From NCBI RefSeq assembly GCF_021869535.1, contig NW_026262734.1, positions 111,290,001-111,354,000 on the forward strand: a stretch of 64,000 bases of DNA, written 5' to 3'. Below, piece by piece: positions 38,109 through 51,479 of this stretch; position 1 is the stretch's first letter; each line of letters starts with the position of its first letter. A program made the position numbers and the translations under genes. This DNA is from Mytilus californianus. Its lineage: Eukaryota. The notes below the pieces were generated by a model. It was given only the letters and a program-made list of their open reading frames with translations. It was not told the origin of the DNA and searched no databases.

Positions 38109-38765
38109 TGGCTTTGAAAATAGTGCCACGTCAAGATCACTTGCTTTCTCATCGCTTTAAACTTATACCATACACATTCACTTAAATACGTGCAATGTGT
38201 CGATTGGTACAGGCACGTCCGTAAACAACATGTTATCGGTTTTCATACGATATGAAATGTTGTGATAGCACCAGGTGTCAAATGTTTTGCCAATAATACA
38301 ACACATATTAAATAAAACGAAAAACTACTCTAGATAATAAGGATACATATATATATATAGAAATAAGGAGATGTGGTATGACTAATAATGAAACAACTGT
38401 CCACCAGAGCCTAATGAAGTGAATGTATATTGTATAAGATACTGTGATTTTGATCATAAAATTAATGATATTTTGCAAGTTCAAAGCATTATGAATTCAA
38501 GTTACGTGGCTTTGAAAATGGTGCCACGTCAAGATCACTTGCTTTCTCGTTGCTTAAAACTTATGCAATATACATTCACTTACATACTTGCAATGTATCG
38601 ATAGTGGTACAAGCACAAGCTTGTGACAGCACCTGGTGTCAAATGCTTAGCCAATAAAACAACACATATTGATTAAAACGAAACACTGCTATGAATAATA
38701 TAAGGATACATATATAAAAATAAGAAGATGTGGTATGATTGCAACTATCCACCACAGTCTAATGT
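38109..38765. repeat. Older diverged duplication with a 398-bp period upstream of gene B
   Basis: TGGCTTTGAAAATRGTGCCACGTCAAGATCACTTGCTTTCTC starts at 38109 and 38507. Confidence 0.85.
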
Positions 38766-39616
38766 GACGTGGATGTAAGAAACTATACGTCACCGTACGG
38801 CCTTCAACAATGAGCAAACTTCACACCGCACAGAAAGCTATAAATGGCCCTGACAAGACAAAAGGTAGAACATTTCAATCGAAAAAAAAATTAACGCACA
38901 AATATTCTACAAAACAATAAACGAAAAACAAATATGACAGACAGCATTAAATTTTTTTGAAAAATAGCCCTTTGCTTAAAATAAATTCAAGGAAACTTTA
39001 AGTTTTAAATAACCTAAATACTTAAATACAAATTGTCCCATTTATACAGTGAAAACTTAGTAACTTCAATTTATTTGGTCTTATCACCAAAATTAATATA
39101 CCCACTTTTCATTGTTATCAAATATGCTAAAAATGTGTGACAACTCGGATCACAAACTGTCGACATTGTAATATTTTTTTGAACACCTACAAAAACTACT
39201 CTGGTAAAAAATGTATATTTCTTTGTACCTTTATTTTTTACATCCATGAAATGACCACTACAAGATTTTTCTAGTAAAACTAAAGCTCCTACACATTGAA
39301 CAGGTAGAGCAAGTACAAAATGGTCAAAATAATTAATAGTATTAATCATTCTAATGGGGAAGTTGTGTATTTTTTGCATTTTAAGTATAAAACTGAAACG
39401 AGACAATAAAAGCGAGTATTTTTTTATCTAGGCTCAAAGGACAAAGGTCTTGGATATACATATTATATACATAAATTGTTTTAAATCTAGTGTCATTTTT
39501 TATGAGCCGTGTATGAGTTAACATATTTCCTCTTTTTTCATAATCAACGCGCTTTCGGTAATTTATTTCAGATTTATAAAAAAAAATAGAATATTATTGT
39601 TTTTCAGGATTGGAGG

Positions 39617-39680
39617 ATGGAAAAACTGCTTGTATTCACGACGCTATTATTTATTGGAGCTACTGCCACAAATAACTACT
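39617..39680 (+). CDS. Gene B coding exon 1: signal peptide
   Basis: TTTTTTCAG acceptor (39607), ATG at 39617, MEKLLVFTTLLFIGATA|TNNY, phase-1 donor GTGAGT at 39681. Not in the ORF track. Confidence 0.82.
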
Positions 39681-40048
39681 GTGAGTGTAACAAACTTATA
39701 AAAAACAAATGTTTAGGCTTTTCACCAGCCTGGGGATGATTTTTTTTATTCCAATATTATATTCAGTGGACAGTTGTTACAGTATATTTTCTATCTACGA
39801 TTATGTACAATTGTAATTAAGAATAATTGTAAAATTATGTGATATTTGAATCTAAAATTTCGTAGTACCTATATTTAAATTTAAACACTGACAATATTTG
39901 TATATTTTTTTGTTTGCATAAATTTCGTCTTTGTTTGATAAAATTTGACCAAAATGATAAATGGTTATATAATTGTTTTTTTTTTTGTGTTGACTAACAT
40001 TAAAAGAAAGTCAGTTTTAAGTTTCATAGGAGTGTCTTATACTTACAG

Positions 40049-40192
40049 GGACGTATGAGCAAAATGAACCCCTCATTAATACAGGAAGTTTAGGTAACCC
40101 AGGTGGATGCCAATGCTCGTGCGAACCTGCTATAGAGCCACGTAGAGGGAGCGGCGCTTTATCAACAAACAGAAGACGCAGACGTAAAAACC
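40049..40192 (+). CDS. Gene B coding exon 2 (144 bp)
   Basis: CTTATACTTACAG acceptor; (W)TYEQNEPLINTGSLGNPGGCQCSCEPAIEPRRGSGALSTNRRRRRKN; GTAAGT donor at 40193. Confidence 0.85.
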
Positions 40193-40614
40193 GTAAGTTG
40201 GTATAGTTATAAGAATTCACTAAAGACTTTTTTATAAAAGTTCACAATTTTCACGATTATCATTTAAGACTTCATACTGGGAGAGCTATATTACCAAAAT
40301 ATCGCAAATTACCGCACTGTAATGTAAATAAAATTAAACTATTTCTATTGATATGTTTGAGAAGAACTTAGATAGTAACAGTTAAAAAATGTTAGTGAAA
40401 TGAAAAAGAATTAAATCCAGTCTACAAATGTCAATACACATTTTCAGAGTGCGGGTAACGAAGGCACTAACTAGTCTGTTTTTTTTATAAGTTTGAAAAA
40501 AAATGTTTGGCGAGTGAAAGAAATTCTTTCCGAACATCTTATTTTTCAAAAGAAGAAAATAATGAATGCACTTTCAGTATCAACAAGTACATTTCTATTA
40601 TTTTAATATCCTAG

Positions 40615-40923
40615 GCCGGAGACAGCGTCAACCAGTAATACCAGAAGTTATTCCTCAAACTCCTAATTTCATTGAAAGAGGCTCTCGTGGTATAAGAGTG
40701 ACTGACCCAATACCAGAAACAAGGGGCCTAGGAGGTGGAATCAGAGCTCCAGTATCAAAAACACAACGTCGAATTGGTGTAGGAGATGCAGTTTTACGTG
40801 GCGTTGCTGGTTTTGAAGGAGGTGCACCGTCTAGTGGAGTTTTACAGCCAGAATATAGATTTGATAATGGACATGACAACGGTTTTGTGGATAACGGTTT
40901 TGATAATGGCATACATGGCAACG
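40615..40923 (+). CDS. Gene B coding exon 3 (309 bp)
   Basis: TTTTAATATCCTAG acceptor; (R)RRQRQPVIPEVIPQTPNF...FDNGHDNGFVDNGFDNGIHGN; GTAAGT donor at 40924. Confidence 0.88.
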
Positions 40924-40942
40924 GTAAGTAAATATTAAAGAA

Positions 40943-41089
40943 TTGAATGCTTCTTTTTGTAACTTCATTGGGGTGTAAAACCGTTGACCGAAGTACATTT
41001 TGTATGAAGCGCGGAAGCGCTTCATTCTAAAAATGTGCGCACTGTCAACGCTTTTACAACCCTATGAAGTTACAAAAAGAAGCATTCAA
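40943..41089. repeat. 147-bp imperfect palindrome, part of a dispersed repeat, 20 bp after the exon 3 donor
   Basis: Perfect 26-bp outer arms TTGAATGCTTCTTTTTGTAACTTCAT / ATGAAGTTACAAAAAGAAGCATTCAA; inner stem ATGAAGCGC-GGAA-GCGCTTCAT. Confidence 0.9.
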
Positions 41090-41776
41090 TACTTATAATT
41101 ACATTTTTTAGCTAGGGTCATGATAACACGATTTTTATCAAGTTTTTATTTAATTTACCTGTGCATTTTATTGTGGGACCTCGTGTCATCATGAATGATA
41201 AATTTTATTGTGTAATGAAGTTGATTAAGGAATAACGCCAGATTGCAGTTAGCCAATCAGAATAACGTATTATAATGAAACATACATCTAAAGTAATTAT
41301 AAGCTTTTAGGTTAATCAGTACTTAATTTCATATATAGGTATATAACCTAATTTAAAAAAAAAATCTTCAACCCATATTTATTAGTCATGCATATGGATG
41401 CAAGAAAAGGAATGTCGAAGTATCCCAAAAACTAAATGACAGTACTTACAAATGGAAATACCATGCAGTTATACTTCAAAAATTGGAAAGCAAAAATATT
41501 GATACAAAACAAAAACTTAGAAAGATATACCTATCAATGCTGATTCAGAACTTTTGCTATTTGAACATCTTTGAAATCAAATGTGAAAGCGTATGGGGAT
41601 ATTTGACAACGGCGAAATGACAGGTATCCCAATATATCAATTGGAAATACACGTTTTTTGCTTTCATTTGTCATCCTTGGTTTGAGGCATTAAATATACC
41701 TAAAACGCAACCATTACTACATATTAAGGTTATTTTATTTATGTTTCCATATCTAAAATGCATTTGTTTATGTTGC

Positions 41777-41905
41777 NNNNNNNNNNNNNNNNNNNNNNNN
41801 NNNNNNNNNNNNNNNNNNNNNNNNNNNNNNNNNNNNNNNNNNNNNNNNNNNNNNNNNNNNNNNNNNNNNNNNNNNNNNNNNNNNNNNNNNNNNNNNNNNN
41901 NNNNN
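41777..41905. other. Assembly gap (129 N)
   Basis: Run of N in gene B intron 3. Confidence 0.99.
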
Positions 41906-42610
41906 GATTGGAAACAAAGTGGAATTATTACAGAATAAACCACAGTTTTGTATAAACAATTTATACCTTGTATCTGGGTAACTAGTATAATAGTCCCAGC
42001 TTGTATGAATTTAAGAATCTATTAAAGACTTTATTTAGAAAATCATTAGAAAAGTTATTTGGCGGTTAACCAACTCTTTAATGTTAACTCCCAACATATC
42101 AGATGGTCATATTCATTGTGGCTGGAACTGCTTATAACAAAGAAAATATATATTAGGATTCGAAAAGAAACTCAAAGTCAAGTTGTATTACTATTAGTAG
42201 AAGTTAAGCGTTCATTCCAAGATAAACAAACTTAAATTACAACTTAATTGCAAATGCAGGAGACGTTAAAGCACCATTGCAAACACATTTAATGCTAGAA
42301 TCTTTCAACTTATATACATCTTTAGTAAAAGATTTCGTGTCACGAAAAGGTTGGATCATATAAGGTTAGGTCAAATAATCGGGTGGTACATTTTCGGTTT
42401 TGAATATCGATTCACATCACTAAAAACCAATAATTCCTGAAAAAGGAAATTGAAAAAAAAACAAAAAAAAAAACAAGGCAAAACAATTAGAAATGATTTG
42501 AAAAAAGTATGGTTTACTTTATTTCATGATCAATTTTTGATAATTTAATTTGTTGCAGATAATTATGTTAATAGATTATCAAGAATGAGTCTCAATAACT
42601 TTTTTGACAG

Positions 42611-42918
42611 CCATTGGTATTGATTCCAATGTGATTGGCGGCTCGACAGGCTTTCCAACAGAAGTAAATGGTGGTTTTGGTACAGATACTAATGTTGGAT
42701 TCGTTGGTGATCCTAATGTGGGACAGGTTACTGAAACAAACGGCGGGATACAGGGCAGATTTAACATTGGTGATCCTAATGTGGGACAGGTTACTGAAAC
42801 AAACGGCGGGATACAGGGCAGATTTAATGGAGATGGATTCTCTAATACAGGAAATATACGACAGGGGTCTTGGGGTTCAAAAAGTCGGAGGCGACATAGG
42901 AAAAAATACAAATATTAA
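42611..42918 (+). CDS. Gene B terminal coding exon
   Basis: TTTTTGACAG acceptor, phase 1; (A)IGIDSNVIGG...; contains a 63-bp (21-aa) duplication GDPNVGQVTETNGGIQGRFN at 42706 and 42769; ends GSWGSKSRRRHRKKYKY-stop. Total CDS is 825 bp. Confidence 0.85.
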
Positions 42919-43966
42919 TTTTTAAAAATAATATGTATAGAGCAAATATGTTATTCACAAGTAGAAACAATGAACGAAAATATATTTTATTGACAACAGA
43001 AGCAATTAAAAACATCTTGCAATTTCGATACCCAGAACGTCATTAGTTTTCAGACGAACATGAAATTGTATAAGAACGTCTACTCTGAGGACTCCTTGCC
43101 TTGCAATAACTTGCCCAATTATTTTATACTATCGTGTATCATCGTGCATAATCGTGTATTGTCGTGTATCATTGTGTATGCTCGTATAATATCGTGATTA
43201 AATATATATTTAATGACAATGTTGTTTTTTCAAACACAATTTTAAGACAACAATATTGTCTTGTAATATAAAAAATAGGCTATGTATTATGATTGCCAGT
43301 GAGACAAATATCCGTAAAGAAAAAAGTGTACAAATATGTGAACAATTACAGGTCATCGCAGGGCCTTCAAAAATGAGCAAAGTCCATCCCGAATAGTAAG
43401 TTATAAAAGACCACGGTGTGACAAAATGCTAGGCAACTGTTAACCATAAATACATAAAAAGAAATAGACATATTAGTTTTAACCAATTGCTACTAACCGT
43501 ATATTAAAATAAAACACGCCCACTAACCTCATATAAAATATACAGGGTCTCCACGTGTCTGCTTTTAACGAATGATATTCATAAAAATGTATCGGAGGTC
43601 AAATAAATTGTCATATACGAGTTTTATTGAAAGAAAATGTGGAGTTTATGTCATTAAAGCGTCTGTTTTAATGAATGTTTGTATCGCTTAAAGCTTAATA
43701 TTTATGTTGTTCTTGCTCGTGCATTGTCTAACTTCATGCATTCTATAAACTGTTTACATTATTGTTTAGGGCCAGCTGAAGCCCACAAACGGATGCAGGA
43801 TTCTCTCACTGCATTGAAGATCCATTGGTGGCCTTTGGCTGTTTTCTGCTCTTTGGTCGGTTGTTTTCTCTTTGACACATTCTCCGTTTCATTTCTCTAT
43901 TCTATTTCCACGAACGATATAAAATTGGAAGGGTTAAGTTTTTTTAAAATACCTTGTTAAGTCCTG

Positions 43967-44270
43967 CAACATGTTTCGTTCATTATCCTAAATCAGGAAT
44001 CGTATAACATGTTTCGTTCATTACCTGTTGTCCTAGTTCAGGAATCGTACAACATGTTTCGTTCATTACCTGTTGTCCTAGTTCAGGAATCGTACAACAT
44101 GTTTCGTTCATTACCTGTTGTCCTAGTTCAGGAATCGTACAACATGTTTCATTCATTACCTGTTGTCATAGTTCAGGAATCGTACAACATGTTTCGTTCA
44201 TTACCTGTCATAGTTCAGGAATCGTACAACATGTTTCGTTCATTACCTGTCCTAGTTCAGGAATCGTACA
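43967..44270. repeat. 45-bp minisatellite, about 7 copies
   Basis: CAACATGTTTCGTTCATTACCTGTTGTCCTAGTTCAGGAATCGTA. Confidence 0.95.
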
Positions 44271-45380
44271 AAGGGAGATAATTCAGAAGTTTACCGTATC
44301 GTATAACATTCTGTTAATATTCAAGTATTTGCTGCTGAATTCCTACAATACAAGAAAAAAAAATCGCGTTTGAAAATACCTTTAAAATAATAGAAAAGAA
44401 AGGATATGGGGTATTCATCCATGACACACTCGGCCAAAACTAAAAAAAAGAAAAGGAATAGCGCAAAGTTCATTAACTTTGTGAAGATCATTAGGATCAT
44501 AGCAAAGTGAAAACAAGGAATAAATGCAATTGACCAGATTATCATCGTTCCAAACCTTGCCAGATGCCATTTATAAGACTTATTGATACTTTGATAAGGT
44601 TTGAACAGGAATAACTATCCATAATCGTAAAAAGCTTTGTTTGTTATGTTCTATATTCATATAAAATTAAAATAATTTATTCTAAAATATGAAATAGTCG
44701 AGGATAAAATGAAAGAAAACAAAATCTAAAAATCGTAATATGATGTAAACGTAAACACAAAATTTAAATAAACATTAAAGATTTTAGATATGACTGTGGA
44801 GGGGGATTCGTCTACAGTCAAAAGGGATGTATAGAATATCTAAACAGTCGATTGAAAGAAATGGGAACGTAATATCCGATATCGCTAACATGAGCAACAC
44901 GACGGGTGCCACATGTGGAGCAGGATCTGCTTACCCTTCCAGAGCACCTGAGATCACCCCGCAGTTGTTTTTTTTTGGGGGGGGGGGGAAGGTTCTTGTT
45001 GCTCAGTCTTTAGTTTTCTATGTTGAATTTTGTGTACTATTGTTTGTCTGTTTGTCTGTTGGTCTTTTTCATTTTTAGCCATGGCGTTGTCCGTTTATTT
45101 TCGACTTATGAGTTTGAATGTCCCTCTGGTATCTTTCGCCTCTCTTTTGAGACCGTGTCACATTCAAGTCTATTCTAAGCACGTGTCTGACCTGTTGCAC
45201 ATGAATTCTGACTTATTTTCCATCTTTTTCCAATGGCAGTCCAAATATTCCGCCCTCCATCAAATAATTGCAACTGGACGTTAAGCAACCAACAACCAAC
45301 CAATCAAAGAAACTGCTTATCAGTCTGAGACAACGGAGTTTATTCACTATGTTTAATAGATTGTATGTTATTTAATTTTT

Positions 45381-47043
45381 TAATGTGTGTAGGATGTTAT
45401 TGTTGTTCTCTTTGTTTTTATAAAGTGTGTAGGATGTTATTGTTGTTCTCTTTGTTTTTATAAAGTGTGTAGGATGTTATTGTTGTTCTCTTTGTTTTTA
45501 TAAAGTGTGTAGGATGTTATTGTTGTTCTCTTTGTTTTTATAATGTGTGTAGGATGTTATTGTTGTTCTCTTTGTTTTTATAATGTGTGTAGGATGTTAT
45601 TGTTGTTCTCTTTGTTTTTATAAAGTGTGTAGGATGTTATTGTTGTTCTCTTTGTTTTTATAATGTGTGTAGGGTGTTATTGTTGTTCTCTTTGTTTTTA
45701 TAAAGTGTGTAGGATGTTATATTTTTATTGTTGTTCTCTTTGTTTTATAAAGTGTGTAGGATGTTATTGTTGTTCTCTTTGTTTTTATAAAGTGTGTAGG
45801 ATGTTATTGTTGTTCTCTTTGTTTTTATAATGTGTCTAGGCTATTATTGTTGTTCTCTTTGTTTTTATAAAGTGTGTAGGATGTTATTGTTGTTCTCTTT
45901 GTTTTTATAAAGTGTGTAGGATGTTATTGTTGTTCTCTTTGTTTTTATAATGTGTGTAGGATGTTATTGTTATTCTCTTTGTTTTGATAATGTGTGTAGG
46001 ATGTTATTGTTGTTCTCTTTGTTTTGATAATGTGTGTAGGATGTTATTGTTGTTCTCTTTGTTTTGATAATGTGTGTAGGATGTTATTGTTGTTCTCTTT
46101 GTTTTGATAATGTGTGTAGGATGTTATTGTTGTTCTCTTTGTTTTGATAATGTGTGTAGGATGTTATTGTTGTTCTCTTTGTTTTGATAATGTGTGTAGG
46201 ATGTTATTGTTGTTCTCTTTGTTTTTATACAGTGTGTAGAATGTTATTGTTGTTCTCTTTGTTTTTATAAAGTGTGTAGGGTGTTATTGTTGTTCTCTTT
46301 GTTTTTATAAAGTATGTAGGATGATGTGTGTAGGGTGTTATTGTTGTTCTCTTTGTTTTTATAAAGTGTGTAGGATGTTATTGTTGTTCTCTTTGTTTTT
46401 ATAAAGTGTGTAGGGTGTTATTGTTGTTCTCTTTGTTTTTATAATGTGTGTAGGGTGTTATTGTTGTTCTCTTTGTTTTTATTATGTGTGTAGGGTGTTA
46501 TTGTTGTTCTCTTTGTTTTTATAAAGTGTGTAGGATTTAATTGTTGTTCTCTTTGTTTTGATAAAGTGTGTAGGATGTTATTGTTGTTCTCTTTGTTTTG
46601 ATAAAGTGTGTATGATGTTATCGTTGTTCTCTTTGTTTTTATAATGTGTGTAGGATGTTATCGTTGTTCTCTTTGTTTTTATAATGTATGTAGGATGTTA
46701 TCGTTGTTCTCTTTGTTTTTATAAAATGTGTACGATGTTATTGTTGTTCTCTTTGTTTTTATTAAGTGTGTAGGATGTTATTGTTGTTCTCTTTGCTTTT
46801 ATAAAGTGTGTAGGATGTTTTTGTTGTTCTCTTTGTTTTTATTAAGTGTGTAGGAAGTTATTGTTGTTTTCTTTGCTTTTATAAAGTGTGTAGGATGTTA
46901 TTGTTGTTCTCTTTGCTTTTATAAAGTGTGTAGGATGTTATTGTTGTTCTCTTTGTTTTTATAAAGTGTGTAGGATGTTATTGTTGTTCTCTTTGCTTTT
47001 ATAAAGTGTGTAGGATGTTATTGTTGTTCTCTTTGTTTTTATT
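45381..47043. repeat. 40-bp minisatellite, about 41 copies
   Basis: AAAGTGTGTAGGATGTTATTGTTGTTCTCTTTGTTTTTAT. Confidence 0.97.
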
Positions 47044-50000
47044 ATTGTTTCTCTGTATTTCTCCGATTACAGTTTGTGATTTGCTTCTAAATTGTTACAT
47101 TATCATATTTCTTATCGAAATCTATGATTTTCCAGGGTAGATACAACTTCATTATTGCCGAGGAAGAGAGGCTGATGGAACTTTATTTGGTGGGGGGATT
47201 TCGGGAACAGCCAATGAAATCGCCAGGAATTCGGGATTTGCTTATATTACAGGAACAGACACATTATTTTCACACGAATTCGGGATTTGGCATTTATCTT
47301 CTCGGTAATTCGGAATGAGACCTCCTCTTTCCATTCTCCAGGAATCCCTATAGTAATGTTGTCAGCCTATTTTCAAAGCGTGTATCTCAAAAAATATTAT
47401 GACTATAATAAGAAAAATCGAAAGATATAAAGAGAAAAATTTTCCAGTCAATTTTTTTCTCATTTTGCAAATGTAAATTCATATTCTAGTATAAGCAATA
47501 TAAATATTAGATGATGTGGTATGATAGCCAATGAGACGACATTCCACCAAAGACCAAATGACTTAATAGCATAGACAAGATCATTATAAGAAAGATATTA
47601 CTTATTAAACTCCTTTATTTTTTTATCACAATATCAGCTCTCATTAGAATAAAAAAAAGATGACTACTTGTTGAAAATGCATGTGATTAGTGAACATGCC
47701 TTATTAGACATTATTTTTATGCATATAAGTGTAAAATGATTATCTATATTTTACAAAGGATATAAACATTTGCTCCTTTTCATAGGGTTATTTCCTTGTC
47801 AAATTAGAAAGTTACGTTTATAAAACAAATTTGCAAAATACTTCATTGAAAAAAGAATTGGGCAATACAATATGTCAGCTCTAAATAGGCATTTTATGTA
47901 TTCATCGTTAAACACTTTTAGTACTCTCATTTATGAAATATGGTTGTTGACCATTATCAATGTCATCCATAATTGAAATTACTTTTTGAATGACATTATC
48001 CCCTAAACTCCATTTATACACTTTATACTATACAAATTACGACAACCATTTTATTAACACAGCTTTTAATTCAGGAGTTCCAAGTGTTGGAGTTGAAATC
48101 ATCCCTTCGAAATTTACGGATGCCACCATGAGTTGGTAGAATGCGATGGAAAATTTGTTTCACAGATAACGACGGATATGTTGTAAGCACAATCCCGTCC
48201 TCTTTTCCTCAAATGAGACCTACCGAATAAGAATTTTCCCCGGTTTTTTACTTGCATGAGCAACACGACAGGTGCCACATGTGTAGCAGGATCTGCTTAC
48301 CCATCCAGAGCACCCAAGGTCACTCCTGGTTTTTGATGGGGTTCGTGTTACTCAGTCTTTAGTTTTCTGTGTTGTATTTTGTAGACTGCATGTTGTTTGT
48401 CGTTTTTTGCCATGGCAATGTCAGTTCCTATATTACATAACACTATATAAAATAATTTCAACCTAGGAATACAAAAAGGTATCTCGTCTTCTTTAAATAT
48501 CAAAGCAGGTCTTGACAACCATTTTTGAGCCTGTCCCAAGTCAGGAACCTCTAGCCTTTGTTAGTCTTGTATGTTTTTTTTTTAATTTTGGCTCATTAAT
48601 TTTAAATGTTTCGGAGTTTAGTGTGACGTCCATTTTCTCTGAACTAATATACATTATTGTTTAGGGGCCAGCTGAAGCCCGCCTCTGTGTGCGGGATTTT
48701 CTTGCTCTATTGAAGACCCATTGGTGGCTTTGAGCTGTTTTCTGCTCTTTGGTCGGGTTGTTGTCTCTTTGACACATTCCCCGTTTCCATTCGCAATTTT
48801 ACTTTACACATCTCTGGTCGATAGGTGTCTTATTGACAATCATAGTATCATATCTCATTATTTATATATTTATAGGTTATTTGCGTTATTATAGAATATA
48901 TAAAGTGTCATTTTTTATTATTATTTTGTTAAGTACAAAATATATGTGGTTAATTATGTCATTAGGTCACGATAAATGAAGCTCTGTAATGTCAGTTTAT
49001 TGTTAATATATTGGATTGTTATTATCTTGAATGTATATAGATCATGCTAGCACATCTGCCGCGTGTGTACAACATATATTACTGATTTAATGGTTGGTCA
49101 GTCGAAAGCAAGAAACGCAGTAAGGTGTAAAAAATGGGCATATGTCTTGAAATTATTAAGAATTACTAAGGTTTTTCTTCCCAAGGAATATATTATATTA
49201 GCTTTATTTGACAAAGACTTTCGGAATGTTGGGTCCTCAATGCTCGTCAATTTCGTAAGGTTTTTTGTCACTACCTCTAACTTTGAAACCAGAGACTGGA
49301 CATTATTCTAGTCAGTGATATTTTTCGTAAATTGATTTGTGATCAATTTGTCGTTGATACATTTTGTTAGAATTACAAAAACAAGGTTCCCACCCCTCAG
49401 CAATGGTCACATGCACTTCTCTCGTCCGACACCTAAATCCATGCTGAGCCTGTTACGTCGTGTGGGAAGCATAACTACACAGGCACGTCAGATGTGAAAG
49501 GGATGTAAAATATCATAACCTTGTGAAGGGAGACAACATCGCTCTGTGCACGTTAGGAACCTTTATAAAACTTTGTGATAGGTGTAGGCCTTTTGATGGG
49601 GAAATTTCCCCCATACAGCATTCACTATTTTCCCAGTGAAAGTTAAAACTTTCCCGTCTTTCATCTAGGTCGGGTTTTGAGAACACAGTTAAAAGTGAAT
49701 AAATCTATCAGAAACTAATTTGGGTCTGCTATAACTGATATCAAACTCCTTAAATGATAAAAACTTTAAGATGTAGTTTTAAAAATATCGAAGTTGACTC
49801 CGATTGCATTTAAAAAATATAATCAAAGATACAAACCAGCTAGGCTGATAGTTATGTATACCAGACGCGCGTTTAAGTCTAAGTTGACAATTGTCGTTTT
49901 AAGAATGTAAATTTAATTCCAGTATTAATTGTATACTATGGTTAGTTTTAAGTGATTTTTATTGAATGTATTAAGTGTCTTGTTTATCATTATTGTGTGA

Positions 50001-51479
50001 AGTACCAATACCTAGTGGTCAATTATGTCAAAAAGTCACGAGAAAAAAAAATCCCTGACGAGTTAATCGTAAATAAGTTGGTTTTATTGTGATCTTTTAT
50101 GTATTTCGGACATGCCAGTACATCTGCAGTGTCCAAAATATGTTACTAGTATTATAGCTGGTCAACCGAAAGCAAGGACCTCAGGTAGGAAGCAGTTATA
50201 ACCTGCATTTTTCTTATATTTATTTATCATAATTTACCGTTTATACATGATACATAATAATGTTGCATGTTTGTTTACTTTCATAAAATTAGTGTAAATT
50301 ATTTTTTTTTAAATAATCAAAGATACAAGGCTTATTTGCTTTATAATTGCCTGGTTGTAAATTTATCTTTTCTTGAATATTATTTGATCATTCAGGAGAA
50401 AATATACTGATTTGCCATCAACAGAAGCTGTAACTGGAAACTTTCATTATATGGGATATAATCGTAACAGCTATTTGAAGTCCTTTGATAAGAACATGTT
50501 ACAACCTCGCAGCGTTATATTTGTGCAGAACTCGTTTAATACGTGGTTCCCTACGTTTGTTGTATTAAGAGGAAAATGATAGCATTATATACAATACCTA
50601 TGTTATTATTGGTTTTTTAAAATTTTTATTATTCATATGAAGTTTTTTTTTAGGAAACTAAAAATACATATCGCCCTTGCCAAACAGTTGAGATTTCTTG
50701 TTGAATGGGACATACTATATTGTCACCGGTTTCCCAAGTTATTTATTGACATTCGAGTGTTACCTGAATCCTGAATTACAAATCGAATTTGAAATTGCTT
50801 TGCCTATTGTTCACTTGGTTTATGATTTATTGATTAAAAATGCTATTTATCGAGATTAACATTAATATGATCTAGCAAACATGTGCAATTTGTCTGTTAA
50901 CCGCATTCAGCGATAGTAAGATAAAATCATCATCATTAATACCGTGTTAAATGTTACATTCAAGAATCTTTGTCACCAAAAGAATCTGAATTCTATAATA
51001 GGAAATGAAAAAAAAATGTAAAATGACGAAAAAAAAGTCAAACTCAAATATCAAAACCAAAAGCTCAAACACATTAAACGAATGAATAACAACTGTCATA
51101 TTCCTTACTTGGTACAGGCATTTCCTTATGTAAAAAATAGTGGATTTAACTTGATTTTATAGCTAGCTTAACCTCTCACTTTTATGAAAGAATTCCACAG
51201 ATACCAACCACGTCTGTGAAAGTGCGTTTTACAGCTGAGAAATATTAGCATTGGTAATGTTCTGTTCCTAAATAGCTGTTGTGAGCTGCGATTGACAGCT
51301 TCATTTTTTAAAAACTTTTATACCCACGGACTGCCATTTACACGCTGTAATTACAAGGGTTTCTTTCAGGGACTCGAGACGTGTGATGTTTTAATGAATA
51401 TATTAAGAACAGTCATTTACAAGGAAAACTATCACTAGACTACTATACTAGTAATCATCTATTTCTAAAAATATAAAAC

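Noticed and set aside
40030-40048. Alternative acceptor TTTCATAG at 40029 for gene B exon 2
   Set aside because: T|GA creates an immediate stop.
41671-41959. ORFs containing X runs
   Set aside because: Artefacts of the N gap.
42559-42610. Alternative acceptor TTGTTGCAG at 42558 for the last exon of gene B
   Set aside because: A phase-1 join reads in a frame that stops at TGA shortly after 42620; the acceptor at 42610 gives the long frame.
11989-42925. Alternative-frame ORFs at 11989, 12217, 30196 and 42668
   Set aside because: Overlap better-supported exons in another frame or strand, with no recognisable motifs.
16350-47043. CRISPR-like appearance of the tandem arrays
   Set aside because: Head-to-tail repeats with no unique spacers, no cas genes, and a eukaryotic spliced-gene context.
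50396-50579. 60-codon open frame after an AG (RKYTDLPSTEAVTGNFHYMGY...)
   Set aside because: No compatible upstream exon or signal peptide was found, and open stretches this long occur by chance over 64 kb.
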